DNA from: an uncultured Planctomycetaceae bacterium
GTDB lineage: Bacteria; Planctomycetota; Planctomycetia; Pirellulales; Thermoguttaceae
Assembly (NCBI GenBank): GCA_964475955.1
Contig: CAYYZY010000019.1
Location: forward strand, 22-64,021
Length of the DNA stretch: 64,000 nt
Direction: 5' to 3'
Every line of letters begins with the position of its first letter. Within the stretch, counting starts at the first letter, position 1. The translations under genes were made by a program, and so were the position numbers. Under the pieces are notes generated by a model. It had not been told where the DNA came from. It did no database searches and worked only from the letters and a program-made list of their open reading frames with translations. Positions 62,681 through 64,000 of the stretch are shown in pieces.

Positions 62681-63889
62681 TCACGGTGCGTTCCGGGCGA
62701 CTTCGGCGAGTGCTTCGGAAAGCGTGACGGCTTCGGTGCGGTGGATCGTCACCGCGGCGTCTCCGAGCACGTATATGGGGCCCTTCTCGGCGGGGCCGTC
62801 GCGAAACACGACGATGTCGGTCTTGCGCTCGACGAGCCACTCCGCAACGCGGATTCCTTTGGCCCGCTCGGCTTGCCGGTGCGGATTGGGCACGATCTGC
62901 GCCGGCTCAGTTCTTTTCTCGTCCGGATAGACCAGCGCGAAAGCGAAATAGCGAGCGCCGCCGAAGTGTTCGGCGAGCGTGCCGCGTTCGTCGGCCAAGG
63001 GGGCCGCGCAGCGGAGCCGGTCGCGCGACTCGGGATCGACGTGAATGAGTACACGTTCCACGTTCGGCACGGCTTGTCGAATGCGCCGTTCGACGCGGTG
63101 CGCCGCGCGGTCGGCCTTCTCCAAGTCGTTGCTGCGCAACACGGCGGTGATCTCCACGAAACGGAACCGGCCCGCGTTGCGTCCGGTGACGGCCTCGACG
63201 TCGACCACCAGCGGGTCGGCGAGCGCCGTCTCGCGGATGGTCTTCAAGGTCTCGGGTTCGAGGGAGGCGTCGAGCAGCACGCGCATCCCGTCGAACAGCA
63301 GGTCCCAGCCTGTCTTGGCCACCGGGATCACGATGACGACGGCGGCCAGCCGGTCCAGCGGAAGCTGGAAATACTCGCCCACCAGCGCGGCCAGCACGAC
63401 CCCGGTGGTCAAGAAGTGGACGTGGTATTCCTTGGCATCGGCAATGAGCGCCGGCGATTGCGCGGCGCGCCCGGCCCGCAGTTCCCAGTGACCGAAGACC
63501 GCCGGCAGCGCCATGGCCGCCGCCAACAGGCCGAACATCCACCAGGTCACCGTGATCTCGCGTTGAACGCCGAAGGCGGCGCTGCGGAGGATCTCGTAGA
63601 CGGTCAGGAAGATCAGCCCGGCCACCGCCACGCCGATCACGTTCTCCAGCTTGTAGAGGCCGTAGGGGAACCCTCGCGACTTGCGCGTCGCCAGCTTGAT
63701 TCCCACCAGCACGCCGATCGCCGAAACAAGATCGACCCCGTTGTGGACGACCTCCGTTCCCACGGCCAGGCTCCCCGAGGCCGAGGCCACGATCGCGTTG
63801 AGCCCAATCAGCACGACGTTGACGCCGATCGAACACCACGCCCAGCGATTCGCACTGGTGTTCACCGTCGACTCAGGGGGCGAGTCCAT
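62681..63889 (-). CDS. Cation diffusion facilitator (CDF) transporter fused to a C-terminal NifB/NifX-like (dinitrogenase FeMo-cofactor-binding fold) domain
   Basis: 402 aa. There are 5-6 TM segments and a cytoplasmic CDF domain (LDASLEPETLKTIRETALADPLVVDVEAVTGRNAG). This is followed by GTLAEHFGGARYFAFALV...GIRVAEWLVERKTDIVVF. Confidence 0.7.
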   Translation of the reverse strand: MDSPPESTVNTSANRWAWCSIGVNVVLIGLNAIVASASGSLAVGTEVVHNGVDLVSAIGVLVGIKLATRKSRGFPYGLYKLENVIGVAVAGLIFLTVYEILRSAAFGVQREITVTWWMFGLLAAAMALPAVFGHWELRAGRAAQSPALIADAKEYHVHFLTTGVVLAALVGEYFQLPLDRLAAVVIVIPVAKTGWDLLFDGMRVLLDASLEPETLKTIRETALADPLVVDVEAVTGRNAGRFRFVEITAVLRSNDLEKADRAAHRVERRIRQAVPNVERVLIHVDPESRDRLRCAAPLADERGTLAEHFGGARYFAFALVYPDEKRTEPAQIVPNPHRQAERAKGIRVAEWLVERKTDIVVFRDGPAEKGPIYVLGDAAVTIHRTEAVTLSEALAEVARNAP

Positions 63890-63957
63890 GGTTTCGATGA
63901 ATGACGGCCGTGTGGTTACAGATTGCGGTGCGGAAGGCGGGCCTTACGCGTTGCGTC

Positions 63958-64000
63958 AGAGTCTTTGACCGTGATGATGCGCGCGTGGTGCGCGCATGTT
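63958..64000 (-). repeat. 108-nt three-hairpin repeat element, copy C (truncated by the window end)
   Basis: agagtctttgaccgtgatgatgcgcgcgtggtgcgcgcatgtt matches the first 43 nt of copy B and the reverse complement of copy A. Confidence 0.85.

Noticed and set aside
1-64000. rRNA, tRNA, integrase/transposase genes, prophage or conjugative modules
   Set aside because: None recognised on either strand. The only mobile-like signals are the short non-coding repeat families. No recombinase or transposase motif was seen in any ORF.

Overview
High-GC bacterial chromosomal segment, roughly two-thirds G+C by eye. The gene content looks like Planctomycetota: Tat-signal Gfo/Idh/MocA oxidoreductases, DUF1080 and DUF1559 proteins, a planctomycete cytochrome-c (PSCyt-like) motif, a sulfatase and an LRR lipoprotein.

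I support about 50 protein genes and no rRNA, tRNA or CRISPR. Layout from left to right:
- 1-11.5 kb: glycan/sugar-oxidation cluster (FGGY kinase, SDR, GH38-like hydrolase, two tandem Gfo/Idh/MocA paralogs, DUF6807/PmoA-like, DUF1080).
- 12.0-13.8 kb: lower-GC two-gene ABC-type (AAA_21-like) ATPase + DUF4276 module, a defence-system candidate.
- 14-17 kb: ilvD and slyD.
- 17.3-21.5 kb: ECF sigma / anti-sigma / secreted protein / DUF1559 operon.
- 21.8-27.9 kb: sulfatase, a large secreted protein, a third Gfo/Idh/MocA and a second DUF1080.
- 28.2-35.3 kb: four-gene operon (884-aa membrane protein, ABC ATPase, ABC-2 permease, HEAT-repeat protein).
- 35-46 kb: histidine phosphatase, Tat-signal protein, DRE-TIM aldolase, priA, LRR lipoprotein, tkt.
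- 46.6-58 kb: long minus-strand run (M14 peptidase, beta-propeller/CXXCH protein, SAM hydrolase, gatB, toxin-antitoxin island, gatA, gatC, rpmB).
- 59-64 kb: decaying sugar locus (frameshifted GH-like gene, FAD oxidoreductase with an in-frame TGA) and a CDF transporter.

Main second-look items:
- the ATPase + DUF4276 pair;
- the toxin-antitoxin/aspartic-protease island inserted between gatA and gatB;
- the in-frame TGA followed by two hairpins;
- several families of short structured intergenic repeats: GTAG-headed REP-like hairpins, a 108-nt three-hairpin element in at least 3 copies, and 7-bp-periodic CTCCCNN/GGGAGNN arrays next to start codons.

All family assignments come from motif recognition by eye. 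No database search was run.
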